From Chrysomallon squamiferum (lineage: Eukaryota > Animalia > Mollusca), in contig CM022673.1 in NCBI GenBank assembly GCA_012295275.1, positions 14,880,001-14,944,000 on the forward strand: a stretch of 64,000 bases of DNA. The letters run 5' to 3'. Each line of letters begins with the position of its first letter. The stretch's first letter is position 1. Of this stretch, positions 24,301 through 35,700 are shown piece after piece. The translations under genes and the position numbers were made by a program. The notes beneath the pieces are model-generated. The model worked only from the letters and a program-made list of their open reading frames with translations, did not search any database and was not told where the DNA came from.

Positions 24301-27300
24301 CCCTTCACACTCCCAGAAATGACAGCGGCCTTCTCCGACCGTAAAGGAACGGCCCCAGGGCCAGACAAATTCTCCTACCTATTCTTTCAAAACATGCCCA
24401 CAGACATGCTAAATCTATTTCTGGAACTCTATAACACTATCTGGAAGGAAGGATACCTTCCCCTCAAATGGAAGCATGCTGACGTCTTCAGCCTTCCAAA
24501 ACAGGGCAAGGATCTTTCCAACCCCTCCAACTATCGTCCTATCTCACTAACGTCCTGTGTCTGCAAAACCATGGAGGCTATGGTCAACAAACGCCTAACC
24601 CACTTTCTGGAAAAGAACCAACTCATTTCGGCCTTTCAAAGTGGTTTCCGAAAAAACCACTCCACAAGCGACCACATAACCAGATTACAATCTGAAATAT
24701 CCGAGTCTTTGTTTACTGGACAAAAAGTGTTTGTTGACATAGAAAAAGCCTATGATATGGTCTGGAGACATGGTCTTCTAATTAAAGTCTACAACATGGG
24801 CATAAGAGGCCCTATGTTCGGCTTTATAGAAGCGTTCTTGAAAAATAGATCCTTTACGGTCAATGTAAACGAAAACTTCTCAGACAGCTTGGATTTGGAG
24901 AATGGGATCCCCCAGGGTTCAGTTATCGCCCTACTCTTTTTTTAGCATTTTTATTAATGACCTAGCACATAAACTAGCCACTAACTCGAAAAACCGCAAC
25001 TAAGCTTAGCATAGGATTATTTGCGGATGATACAGCCTTTTGGCGTGCTGGAAACTGTCTTAAACAAATCGAAACAGATCTGCAAAAAGACTTAAATAAC
25101 TTACAAAATTGGGCGGAAACTTGGGGAGTCACCATCTCCCAATCCAAGACTGTCACCGTATACTTTGGGAGAAAAGTCAACATTAAACACAATAAAATAA
25201 ACCTACACTACAACAACACAAAAATCCCACAAGTAAACGCAGTCAAATTCCTGGGAGTCACCTTCGACAGGTGCCTTAACTTTAAACAACACATCACCAA
25301 CACAATCAACACATGCACACAATACATGAACCTACTGAAAGTGCTTTCGAACGCCAAATGGGGAGCTGACAGGTCATCTCTCTTGATGGTGTTCAAGCAT
25401 TAATAGTGTCGAGACTCCAGTATGGATCCCAGGCGTTCAGCGGTGTGTCTGAATACCAACTAAAACGGCTAGACACCGTCTACAACAAGGCACTCAGAAT
25501 TGTTGCAAGGGTATTCCCAGGCACACCGACGGACAGTCTGTTTGTGGAACTAAACATGCTGCCGCTGCGAATCCGACGCAGCACACAGTGTCTCAAACAC
25601 TGGTTCAAAATAAAAAATCTCATCCCCACCCATCCCATAAACACAATAATCCCAAACAACTTACCCTACATCAACGACAGAGAAGCATCACTCAACGACA
25701 CACACAGGACAGCAAAAAGACTAAACCTACTGGACCTAGAACTTGAAAACAACCCGTCACCCTTAGAACCCCCATGGACAATGAAACAACTTGACATACC
25801 TCTAACGCTTAGACAGGCAGTATCGACGACGGAACACGACCCATTTAAAAACGTAATTTTTAGAGCAGCACTAAGCGACAACTACTCGGACTTCGTACAA
25901 ATATACACGGACGGCTCCAAAGACCCTTTCACGGGAAGAACCGGCATGGCCTTTCATGTCAGGCCGGAACTACCCGACGTACCCTTCAACTACAAAGGTA
26001 GACTGACCAACAACCTATCCGTCTTCACTACGGAACTAATAGCTATTCTCTCGGCACTTAAATGGGTCTTAACTCAAACTTACGTCAATAGCCAAAAAAA
26101 GAAATACCTCATACTGACTGATTCCCTCAGCTCACTGCAATTCTGCACAAACTCAAATTCAGCAGCTCCCAGTACATTAGACAGATTATCGAACTCACAA
26201 ACTGTATCACCCACAGAGGACACAAGGTCACCTTCGAGTGGGTACCCGCCCACGTGGGTGTTACTGGAAACGAGCTGGCAGACAAAAACGCAAAACACTC
26301 GATAGAAGACAACACGATTGGCTGACTAAATACGTTAATGAAATCATGACCATAGCGCACAATAAGCTAATAAAATCATGGCAACAAGACTGGGACAACA
26401 AGACTAGACTATAGCACTACATAATCAAACCAAAAGTCAACTCGCCCAGCCCACTCTCAGACAACAACAAAACAACTCAAACTTTAACCCGTCTCAGAGT
26501 GGGAGTGACCTTCGGACTAAACGACAGCAGACAGACTCGACAACACTGAGTGACAAATGCGGCACATGCCATAAACTGGACAACGTCAGACACTATTTTC
26601 TACTGCACAAAGTACAACAAGGACAGACAAATTAAATGTATTCAGCAAATATCAAAGTCAGGTTTACTCCATTTGACATTTTCAACCCTCCCCCCAAACA
26701 CCTAAAAAAAACAAGTGGACAACCTCAGTGCGAAATGTGGAAGCAACAAAAATCAATTTTAAAACAGTTTACAAGTGGGGGTGTCTGCAGGGGGGCGGTG
26801 ATTGGGTGTGAGATGGGAGACGATACCTGACAGTGCCGACTCCCCTCCTCCATCGGTCGGGGTTAGGAGTTTCGGTATGATTCCCATATCCCGACTCATT
26901 TTCGAATTTTTCAGTTCGGTCAATTAGTTCGTTTCGGAGAAAAGTCCGAAAATTTTTCTCGTATTCAACACGTTAAAATCAGTCATTTTCAATATCGGAG
27001 GAAAATCTATCTAAGGGCAGGTAGAGGCGAAGAATAATATTTTATTATATGTGAATTTATATTGAAATCTGACATACCCGAGATAATTTATTAACCCCGG
27101 GAAGAATAGCTGTAAAATCTAAATGGTTTCAAAATCAAATATGACGGATGAAAATTCTAGTGAAACAGAAGTGATTTCTACCCTCGATTTCAGCCATTAT
27201 GTTTGATAAATGAGTGATAGAACACACTGATGCTGTATAAATATACAGTGGTACTATACGTCACACTTATTACCCGATGGATTGTAAATTGTGGATGATT

Positions 27301-30300
27301 GTGGATTTTGCGAGTGTCTTCAGCCAATTGGTATGAACTAATTTTGAAATTTAGTAATCATTATTATGTTGGCCTTCTTTTCAGGATGCCTAACTTGAAG
27401 CGGAAAATCCCCCAATCCATGGACTGGTATTGCCAAGCAACACTTGGAAGAGAACTTTTCCAATGGAATTCCAATTTCTTTGGCGAATTTCTTAAATGGT
27501 CACGTATTGTTTATTTTTGTCTTTCGCTGCGAAAAAAGCCGTGTGAAGACCGTTAGAGAACTTCAATCATATATCCACAATAATATTACTGGTCAGAGAA
27601 ATACAGTTTTGAATTATATTACATCACAAATTCAGAAACTTGCTGACAACACTTTGAACAAGTTCAAGAAACTCAGAGACACTGGAATTCAATATGTTTC
27701 ATTCCATCTGCCATGAAAGTTTTGCTCAGCTGAACCTGACCAGCACAAGTGCCATAGCAGAGAGATCATGAAAGTTTGCAACTTGCCAAACAGAAGCAGG
27801 ATCTCTTAAAACATCAGAATTGGATTAAGGTAAGGAATATTATGGCCAAGTGCCATCAGAGAAGGTCTGAATCAGTAAAGAGACTAAATCAAAAAATCGA
27901 GAACAGAAGGGCAGTTATCCTAAGTAAAATCACAGCTGGATTCTTCTGCTCTTGCTGAAGGTCTGGGGAAAGCTACAAAAATCATATGTTTAGAAAAGAA
28001 ACATCAGCAAATTAAGAAATGCCATAAAATGAAAAAAATGCAATGTTTCTATCCCAGACTAATGATGAAAGAGTGGAAGTATTGGAAAGGAAACTGGCAG
28101 AAAGGGAGGAGGAAATCCTCCAGCTTCAAGACGACAAACTAATGCTAGAAGATGGGGTAAAAGAGCTGGAGAGTTTTGTTGAACAAACCAAGTCCAATGG
28201 GAGGACTTATTCTCCTGAAATGAGACTGAAAGTTTTTGATGCTGTTGTTGCCCAAGTCCCAATGAACAACATACCATCACTGATTAGAAAGTTTGCCCTT
28301 CGCTCTGGAACAACCCTAACTGTTGTTCCACACAGGACTACAGTAGAAGCAATGGTAAGAGAACTTGGGGCAATAAGTGATCTTCAAATTGCAGAAGCTA
28401 TTTTATATAATAAGGACTCAACTATTGGCTTTGATGCCACGACAGAAGAAGGCATTCATTTAAACAGCATACACATCACCATCCATGCTGATTGCTATGT
28501 TGTTGCTGCCGATCAGTTACCTGGAGATACAGCCAATGACTATCACATCTGTGATTCAATTGATAATGTCATTTGTCATTTCTTTGATAAAGACTATCAA
28601 ACCATATAACAGATTAATTTCAAATATATCCAACAGTCTTACTGACCGTTGTGCAGCGAACCATGCTGCAATACAGCTGGTGATTCTTTCCTGGGCCAAG
28701 ACTAAACTGTAATTTGCACCCACTGGACTCCATAGCCACAAAAGCTAGAACAGCACCCAAGGAATGTGAAGGGGGTGCAAAGGGACAGATTTGGGGAAAT
28801 GATTGCTGTGCATCCAACATCATTGCACAGATGAACAAACTCCACTTTAAGGACAATAAGGGCGATCCCCAGGGGGTCAAGACTTTTTTTGACCACAACC
28901 TGCCTCAGAGGATCGTTCAGGTATCTGGGTAATCGCCTGCATGTTCTGTTTCATATATGTGGCATATATATTCGGCATCATGCATTGTTCAAAAAATATT
29001 TGAACAAGGTGAGTGTGTGGTGGATTGCATGCTAGTGTCTTGGCTGACTGTCAGTAACAGGGCCGGTTGAGATGCAGGCATTAGGCCTGTTAGGCAAGAT
29101 GTTAACTGGCCCTTGGATGAAAAAAATTTACACTGCTGCAGTGGACCATGTAGAGTGGATCCAAGTCATTAAACAGATTTGTCCAAAAACTGAAGGACCA
29201 GACGGACGCACCAATGGATCTCCTGGCATGTGAAACATTTTTTTGGCAACCAGCTTCATCAAGTCGAAGATAAAACTCTTCTCAAATTACAGGAGCCACC
29301 CAAGGATGGGACCATCTTCAGTGACATGATGAAAGCATGTCTTTAAGGCACTGTCGATGTCCTTGTGCAGCAATAAAAGAAATTGTTTTCAGATGACTGG
29401 AAGATCACGGAGAGGCTGAGAATAAAAACTAAAAGTGCTAGATCTCAATATGGATGATGAAGAGATAGCGGGCATGTTCAATGCTGCAAAACAGAAGGCG
29501 GCTAATGCAACTGTTTGCTATCTCAAGTAAGTTGAGGGCACAAAAAAATAAAACTGGACTATCTAGATGGTTTAGAAAAGGAGAGGAGACATATGATTCT
29601 CATGAAGGCTGTACAGGTAGGTCAGAAACAAAGGCAGGAGAAGAATGAAGCAGAATGAGTTGAGAGCAGAATTATCAAGAAGACAAGCTGACAAACATCA
29701 AGCAAGAGAGACATCTGAGGAAAAAACTAAAACTGAAAATTGTTAAAGTTGCAGAGATTGGTGAGGAATTTCTGAGCTTTCTGATGGTAAGCAGGAGCAA
29801 CTCCAGGAACTGTTGGAAGGCAAATCTGTTGGTTGTAACATTTGTCATGGATGGTTTGAAGATGGGCACCAGATTCTTTACAATGGCAGAATTGAAAAGA
29901 TGAAGGCTAAGGGAAGTAAGTGTGTTATAGCATATTGTCACAGACAAACACATGATGCAACTGACTGATATGTTTTCCAGTTGGCTGCAGACTTGACTAT
30001 ATAAATGATTTGACTATATAAATATTGGTTTGAGGAATAAGTCATTACATAGAAGAAAACTTAAGCTTAATTGATAACAAGCTGTAATTTAATCAATGTA
30101 TTCTCCGTTATTTACCACTTCTTCCCAACAGTCAAATTTTTGATGCCTCTGCAATAAATATGAAATAGTTATGAACTGCAATGACTTATTTATCAACACA
30201 GTACATTTTTTGGAATGAGGTAAGTAGATTGTCATGGACAACTTTGTTTCTGTATAAAATGTCTCATTAAGGACTGCGTGACATTATCTACAATAATTCT

Positions 30301-31337
30301 TGTTAGAACTTTTTCAGCTAATTGAAGTTGCCAAGTTAGGCTAATTAAAATCTGCTGTATTACTAATTATTTATATTGCACTTTCAATAGCTTGAATTGA
30401 GAGAACTAGCTACCATCTATCTTCAGTCCAAATTTCACTAATAAAATTTGATTAAGAAAGTTACATGCATTTTCGTGAAAAACAATAGGATTTTGGTCAC
30501 GCCATTGTAATGCAAATGCAGTAAATAATAGAACAATTAATTAGTGTTAATTGAAAACGTTAAAATGCTGTAATTTCCTTAATACTCAACAGAATCACGT
30601 GTTTGTTGTCTTTTACAGGGTTTTTTTTAGAGTTCTTTTCAGCAATGTTATTTATGTTGAAGTTGGGGGTGTTTGAATTTTTTGTCCACATACCTAATTG
30701 ACCAACCAACCCCAAAAGAAAACCACGTTGAAGTAAAAATATGATTTTGGTGTCATTTTAAAGGGGTTTACAAGCTCTACCCAACTGTCTTATTTGTTTT
30801 CAGATTTGTGGGGTTTGAAAACTTTGTCCACATACCTAGATTAAGCTTTGCTAGTTAAAACATTACTTAAATACAAATATTCTAAAGACCCATCAAACAG
30901 CTATACATTATTGTATAAATACTACTTAACTTATCTAGATGTCACAGAACGCTGCTCTGTACAATGCTTCGTGTTAACACCAACAGCCCAACCAAACAAT
31001 ATTTGCTTGTTATATATAATAACTTCTCCTTCCTCTGCACATGGCTTGCAGAAAGTACATGATCTTCACGAGCTGCCGCTTTCTTTCTTTTCAAAATTAC
31101 TCAATTTTCATTGGTTCACCAAACTTATTATCCTTTTAGTAAAACAAAGGAAAACCACGCATGCGTGATGCCCTCTGACATATGTTACACACATTTGCTT
31201 AATTAGTTAATTCCAGATTCGTCGTAATTCTGTAAGACTTGTATTCTAAATCCTTTATTTTACAGTTTCTGAACAACTGTTTTCCTTTTGGTACCTTTAT
31301 AATATTTAATAAATTTTATATTTATAAAGATTACAAA

Positions 31338-31374
<37 letters not shown>

Positions 31375-31755
31375 TATATATATATATAATAAATCATTAT
31401 AAATATGCTATTTTATAAATAGTATAAAGGTATATAAATAAATCTAATAATAATAATTAAACTCACTGTGTAAAAGTAAAGCCATGCCTGGTGATCGTAA
31501 CGTAACAACCCCCCTAACTCTTCTGGCAGTTCACTGATCTCAATGTATTTATGAAGCTCACGTCGGGTTTTCACCAAAAACACCTGAAAGTCATTTTAAT
31601 TAATGCCACACGATGTAAAAGGTTAATTATAGTCTCATGGTATTGGCCATTTTAATGTATGTTTCAAAAAGTTTATTACCTTCACTATAATATTTTTAAT
31701 TAATTACTACAGTGTGGTGATGTATTTTGTATGGATTATTATTATTATTATTATT

Positions 31756-31800
<45 letters not shown>

Positions 31801-32738
31801 GACCTTAAATAACTGGGACTTGTAGTATGTTTTCGCCGTCTTTAAACCCAACAGTCCCTTCAGGAGCCTGCCTCTGTCTTTGACCTTAGGTTTCAGCAGA
31901 TACAACGCTGTTATTCGACCTCTCACTGGTTTCTGAAATTAAAGTGCTCGTACACTTCACAAATCTGTTCATAACCACGTATATGTAAACATTTATTATT
32001 TATATAGGCACATATATAATAATATGTATGCTGTGTTTGTGTAGTTGGGTGAGTGAGTGGATAAATACTGTTCGTAGAACGCTATCATTATTTAACCCAA
32101 ATATTAATTATTTTAACAATAAACTATTTATTTATTTATTTATTTATTTATTAGATAACAAAATGTTTGTTTTACTTCCACTGATTCGAGAGCTTCCACA
32201 AGATCTACGATGTCATCTTTGCTGGATGCCTGCAGGTCGGCAACGCAGGTGATGGTAGGCGGGGACGTCTGCGACAAATCCATTATTTTTAGATAATGCA
32301 ACAACAACGACACCAGTTCACATTGCTGGACGCGACCAGGGTGTATTATTACGATAGGGTTGCCAAGGAGATCGACTCCACCTAAAGATAAACTCTTATT
32401 TCAAGACAAACTTTTAAAGTTTATTTCACTCTTTTGCGAAAATGATGGAATATATCATACTGAAGTATGTACAAAAATAATCTTTATGATAAAAATCTTT
32501 ATTAAAACAATTTTCTTGCTTCCTGCATTAATATGATTCTAAATATTAAAAAAAAAAAAAAATTATACAAATGAAACACTGATATCATCTTTTCAGAAAC
32601 ACGAAAATAGGTGTAGAAGTCGGAAATGTAAACAATTTCTGCCGACTGGTATTTTAGAAATAAATATTTTAGAAACTCACCTGTCAATACGGCCGCTTCG
32701 CTCTCCAAAAGATAATCAGAAACTTTACACTGATTCAT
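107..32738 (-). CDS. SEC14/CRAL-TRIO plus spectrin-repeat protein (SESTD1-like; could be the N-terminus of a Trio/DBS-type GEF), 3' partial. Exons 32738-32681, 32381-32176, 31932-31804, 31583-31467, 762-599, 350-107; a further exon appears to begin at position 6
   Basis: Phase-compatible GT-AG exons give MNQCKVSDYLLESEAAVLT|GGVDLLGNPIVIIHP..LLLHYLKI..LHKYIEISELPEELGGLLRYDHQAWL, matching the SEC14 start and end motifs of the SESTD1/Trio family, followed by helical spectrin-like sequence. The donor at 31803 (GTCAAC) is weak. Confidence 0.8.
880..1785 (+). mobile_element. Highly degenerate 3' part of a LINE (RNase H region and 3' end)
   Basis: About 1300-1355 translates to ITGNELADHNAK (RNase H C-terminal motif, compare VTGNELADKNAK in copy 5). 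1763-1778 CAGACGTGCTTCACAA is identical to 19947-19962 in a LINE-like 3' end. Boundaries approximate. Confidence 0.55.
1786..3300 (+). mobile_element. Degenerate 5' part of a LINE (APE endonuclease relic)
   Basis: Relic motifs DNFNCHNTW (about 2498), LNSD (2701), PWWNE (2940) and KEHWEHFCNNI..KDMWAKVK occur in the same order as in ORF2 of copy 5. Confidence 0.65.
3866..6180 (+). mobile_element. DNA transposon relic with a CxxH-type DDE transposase (hAT/P/MuDR/Kolobok group; superfamily unresolved), copy A
   Basis: ORF 4602-5168 has IGFDATT (first D), followed in broken frames by LTDRCAANH and NCHLHPLD. The central part is nearly identical to 27450-28700. Stops, frameshifts and deletions present. 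Confidence 0.7.
6184..6740 (+). mobile_element. Tc1/mariner (maT/DD37D-like) 5' fragment
   Basis: TA|CAGGGTGGTTCACAAAAAG terminus. The ORF reads PHRNTIRRLIEKFRDTGSV..EQSPQKSSRHLSHELGISRS and continues frameshifted as DLKSFPYKVQIL, typical of the N-terminal HTH region. No DDD core or right TIR seen. Confidence 0.75.
6929..8720 (+). mobile_element. Diverged relic of the same DDE transposon family, with a 300-bp piece (7009-7304) resembling 3866-4116
   Basis: 8315-8460 translates to LRMVVFDAIVNQVPTSNIPVILQKF..PHRTTTEA, parallel to MRLKVFDAVVAQVPMNNIPSLIRKF..PHRTTVEA. DELAGGTADDYH occurs near 8555. Confidence 0.6.
8757..11037 (+). mobile_element. LINE copy 1: type-A 5' UTR and ORF1 (ATG 9551), deleted after the first zinc knuckle, with a short 3' end (non-autonomous)
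   Basis: 5' UTR and ORF1 are colinear with copy 4. Ends in GTGATAGGCGTGCC..GGACGTGGGCACGTAAAAAGAGTT. Confidence 0.85.
11038..14089 (+). mobile_element. LINE copy 2: type-B 5' UTR, partial ORF1 (ATG 11868), about 4.2-kb internal deletion, ORF2 C-terminus, full 3' UTR and (CCAT)n tail
   Basis: At about 13248 the ORF1 sequence (equivalent to about 22247) joins TCGCCCAGCCCACTCTCAGACAAC (equivalent to 26442). Ends GGCACGTAAAAAGAGTTCTCCATCCATCC. Confidence 0.88.
14118..16414 (+). mobile_element. LINE copy 3: type-B 5' UTR and ORF1 (ATG 14900), same deletion and 3' cassette as copy 1, flanked by a 27-bp direct repeat
   Basis: Near-identical to copy 5 over about 14300-16100. Flanks 14091-14117 and 16415-16441 are ATTAGCTCAGA(C/T)CAGATTAGCTCAGAC. 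Confidence 0.88.
14320..14850 (+). promoter_or_regulatory. LINE internal promoter candidate, type B: CCAAT cluster, Inr-like TCAATT, donor and acceptor before ORF1 (also in copies 2 and 5)
   Basis: CCAAT at 14324, 14350, 14384, 14444 and 14469; TCAATT 14539; GT 14576; TTTAAC..polypyrimidine..TAG ending 14850. Same sites at 11500/11751 and 20556/20830. Confidence 0.55.
16415..20011 (+). mobile_element. LINE copy 4: type-A 5' UTR, ORF1 (ATG 17372) with three zinc knuckles, start of the ORF2 APE domain, then a different 3' end with a (CCATT)n tail
   Basis: Contains CAQCQRWGNNTKKC, CFRCGGKH..C, CANCNGRH..C and NILQWNAKGL..DIICIKETW. Homology to copy 5 stops at 19612. Ends GGCACGTTAATTTTTTTCCATTCCATTCCATTCC. 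Confidence 0.85.
16650..17047 (+). promoter_or_regulatory. LINE internal promoter candidate, type A: CCAAT cluster then donor G|GTAAG (equivalent region 8890-9224 in copy 1)
   Basis: RRCCAATC boxes at 16658, 16753, 16779, 16832, 16858 and 16904; GT at 17042. Confidence 0.55.
20880..22851 (+). pseudogene. LINE ORF1 (gag-like nucleic-acid-binding protein), frameshifted in this assembly
   Basis: MADTNKS.. start, STSNRFSAL motif, knuckles CX2CX4HX4C, CX2CX3HX8C and CX2CX3HX6C. Frameshifts lie mostly in homopolymer runs. Confidence 0.85.
22866..26762 (+). pseudogene. LINE ORF2 polyprotein (APE endonuclease, reverse transcriptase, RNase H, C-terminal Cys/His motif), frameshifted
   Basis: APE: LQWNAKGL, QETW, LGDFNSRNHLWG, NSDHLPI. 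RT: APGPD, YRPISLTSCVCK, QSGFR, DIEKAYD, GIPQGS, LFADD (about 25017-25031). RNase H: IYTDGSK, TELIAI, LTDSLS, WVPAHVGVTGNELAD. C-terminus: CGTCHKLDNVRH. Confidence 0.93.
26770..30838 (+). mobile_element. DNA transposon, CxxH-type DDE family, most complete copy (copy C); transposase pseudogene about 27386-30000
   Basis: ORF 28043-28609 is near-identical to 4602-5168, followed by LTDRCAANH and NCNLHPLDSIATKAR. TTTGTCCACATACCTA occurs twice (about 30681 and 30823-30838) as a candidate right terminus. No matching left TIR found. Confidence 0.7.
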
Positions 32739-35700
32739 TCTGAAAATAACAGACACCGTATTTCACATACATTTCATACGTTGATACATGTTGTTGTTAT
32801 CTCTGTTGTGTTTAAGTATTTCAGATATACTATTAAGTTTAAAAGAAAATCTAACAGACAAATTACGATAAATATGCAAAATAAAATAAAAATAATAGTG
32901 ATAATAATAATAATAATAAAAATAATAAGAAGAAATAAATGTGTGTGTCACGTGTATGTGTATATGAAAACTGTATCACAATTCCCAAACAAGCATAATT
33001 TTTGGCAGCTGCTTTGTAACTTAAAACCTGTGTTTGAAGTTGAAACACACCAGCTTCGGATGACAGATTTGGTTAAAAACTGACATTTTGTATTCTGAGT
33101 GAAAAAAAAAAAATAAATAATAATAATAATAATAATAATAATAAGAATAAGAATAATAATAAATAAAATATAAAAATCGTTTCAAACCGAATAATTAAAA
33201 AAATAAAAATAAAAATAAAATAATAATAATAATAATATCTGAATTCAATTTGTTAGTGAAAAGAAATGAGATATATTTGTATTTTGCTAGAGTGATAAAA
33301 TGCACGCGGGTTCAATAACTAAGACACGATCTAGACCGGAGGCCGTGCGACAGCCGCGCTGGTTGTAAAATCGATGTACTTGTCACTGTTAGCGAGAACT
33401 TTGGCAATTTCACTGAGAATATAATAACAACACAGCAACGTTTATGACTTTGGCTACACGTTCATTTAATAAATATTTTAAATTTAACAATAACAGAATA
33501 AAGATATGCAACTTGTAGATATGAATTCGTAAGTAAGAAGATACAAAATCTAAATATTGCTTATTATGACAACAGTACGTATGATAAAGGTATACAATTT
33601 GTATTGTCAATTTTACTATAAATGGATAGGTTAAGAATGCGTAGTTATATAAATTGTATGTTTTTATAACTGGAATTCACACACACACACACACGTATAG
33701 ATGTATTTAGTTTGTAACTTACTAATACTAGGTTTTCTACGTTGTAGTTTGATATATTTTTGTGTGTGCATTTGGGTGAGTACGTGTTTATTTGTGTATC
33801 TATATGCACAAACATAATGTAAAGAAATGAAATGAATTAATTATATACTAATACAGAAACGGATTTTAAATAAATAAACGTCAACACTGATAACTATTTA
33901 ATTTTTTTTTTTTACAAAATGTCTTTATACTAGAACAAAAACAGTTGTCAGTGACATGATGTTAAACTCTATTATTATTAATATCATCATCGTCATCATT
34001 TGATTTTTTTGTTTTATGTGAAAGTTCATCTCATTAGGTCTGGCTGAGGTGTATATGTCAACAAAAAAAAAGAAGAAAAAAAGGATGATATTTACAAAGT
34101 GAATATAGAAAATATACAACACTTACTCGTGAACATGCTCGTGAACGACGGCTCACTGAAACAAACGTCGTCGAGAGACAACGTCAGGTAACGAAGTGAG
34201 TCACATTCACATCGTGACCACCTGTTGCTTGTGACATACCGCGATCAATACCTGGATGCATACCACAGCAAAGTGAACGTATTGTTACTTAACAAGTGTA
34301 TTGTTAAATGTAAATGTAACGTAATTCACATTAGATAGAGTATTTCTCTAGTAACAGTATTACAACCATTTTTATAGTAACAATATTAGAACGATCAATA
34401 CAGATCAGATCGATAAAAGGATGTATATAAGCTTACTGACTTTGTTAATCGTCCTGTAATCAGCATTGTTTAAGTGCTCAGAAGTCACTTAATTGTACTC
34501 CCACACAGCACAATGTTTGAAGTTTATTCTCTACTATTTACTCATTTATTTAAATTCATAGCATATTTTAATTTTTTAAATGTATTTATAATCATAAAGT
34601 ATTTATATTTTAAAGTTTTAGTCATAGGAATTGTTGTGTTTTTTCTTTTCTAGCATTTTAATTTAAATTAATTTTATTTATTTATTTATTTTTAATAAGA
34701 AAAACGTTTAGTAAAGGCCACTGACTAAAACGGTATACACAACTAGAAATTTAGTTTATGTCTTTTCATTTTATCGTCTGCGCTGTTTTTGCCTTCTAAG
34801 TTCATCACTCTGTTTTACTTATCTATTCCGCACAGAACTGCAGTTGTAATTAACAAGTTTGTTGGAAAATCGATCGGTTATACAGTGCAATGTCTGCAAA
34901 GTATTCAAACCAGTGACTTCTATTTCGCTAAACTTCGTGAGTTTTAAACGCATACAGCTGTTGTTGTTTTTTTTTTTTTCATATAAATATCATCATGTAA
35001 AATCTAAAAAAAACTTTCATTAATTATAATGACTGTTTAATGTTTACATACAAGAGTAAAAAAATAAAAATAAAAATAAATAAATACAAAAGCAGTGTTC
35101 TTTGAGCCGTTTCAAATAAACAGACCGAAGATTAAGGGGTACGGACATTTAAACCAATTTGAACAATTTGCTATCTTGTTTTCGACAGTAGAAATTTATA
35201 ACATTTACATGAAATGTTTAGTTGCTTCAAATGTCAGTTTTACTATTTTTGTAATGTGTGTTGTCAAATCAAAGTGAGAGATGTGTATTGAATGAATGTC
35301 ATATTATAGCAGTTTTAATAAAATAGGTTAATACAAACAGTACAGCAGTAAAGTAATATTATGGACGATACAATCAGGTGTATCATAAAAAATGTATGGT
35401 ATAGTTACTAATAACGCCAGGATACGGCAATTCAAACAAAAGATAAGGAATTTTTTTTTTTATTATACTCTCGAAAGTGCAATTTCTAGAAAATCACTGA
35501 AATTTTTTATCACTAGATTGAATTCTATCATCCATTTACCTTTCTTCACAGCAGTTTTCATGAAGTATTTTTTAAATTATACGTTTTAAAGTTTTCCACA
35601 TTTTACCCGTAATGTAAGATCAGTTTGTCATTCTAAAAAAAAAAAAAAGTATATATATATATATATACACATACAAGAACAATTATGTTCATGGTCAGTG

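Larger units (their letters stand above)
20012..26765 (+). mobile_element. LINE copy 5: near full-length I-group (I/Nimb-like) non-LTR retrotransposon lacking its 3' UTR
   Basis: Two-ORF layout with gag-like ORF1 and APE-RT-RNase H-zinc finger ORF2. Strongly A/C-rich sense strand. Confidence 0.93.

Noticed and set aside
9527-26360. Minus-strand ORFs overlapping the LINE copies
   Set aside because: They result from the stop-poor G/T-rich antisense strand and show no domain motifs or conserved boundaries.
8757-26765. Telomeric retrotransposon array (HeT-A/TART/TRAS-like)
   Set aside because: Head-to-tail and A/C-rich, but it lies inside an intron between phase-compatible exons and has no telomeric repeat tract at the junctions.
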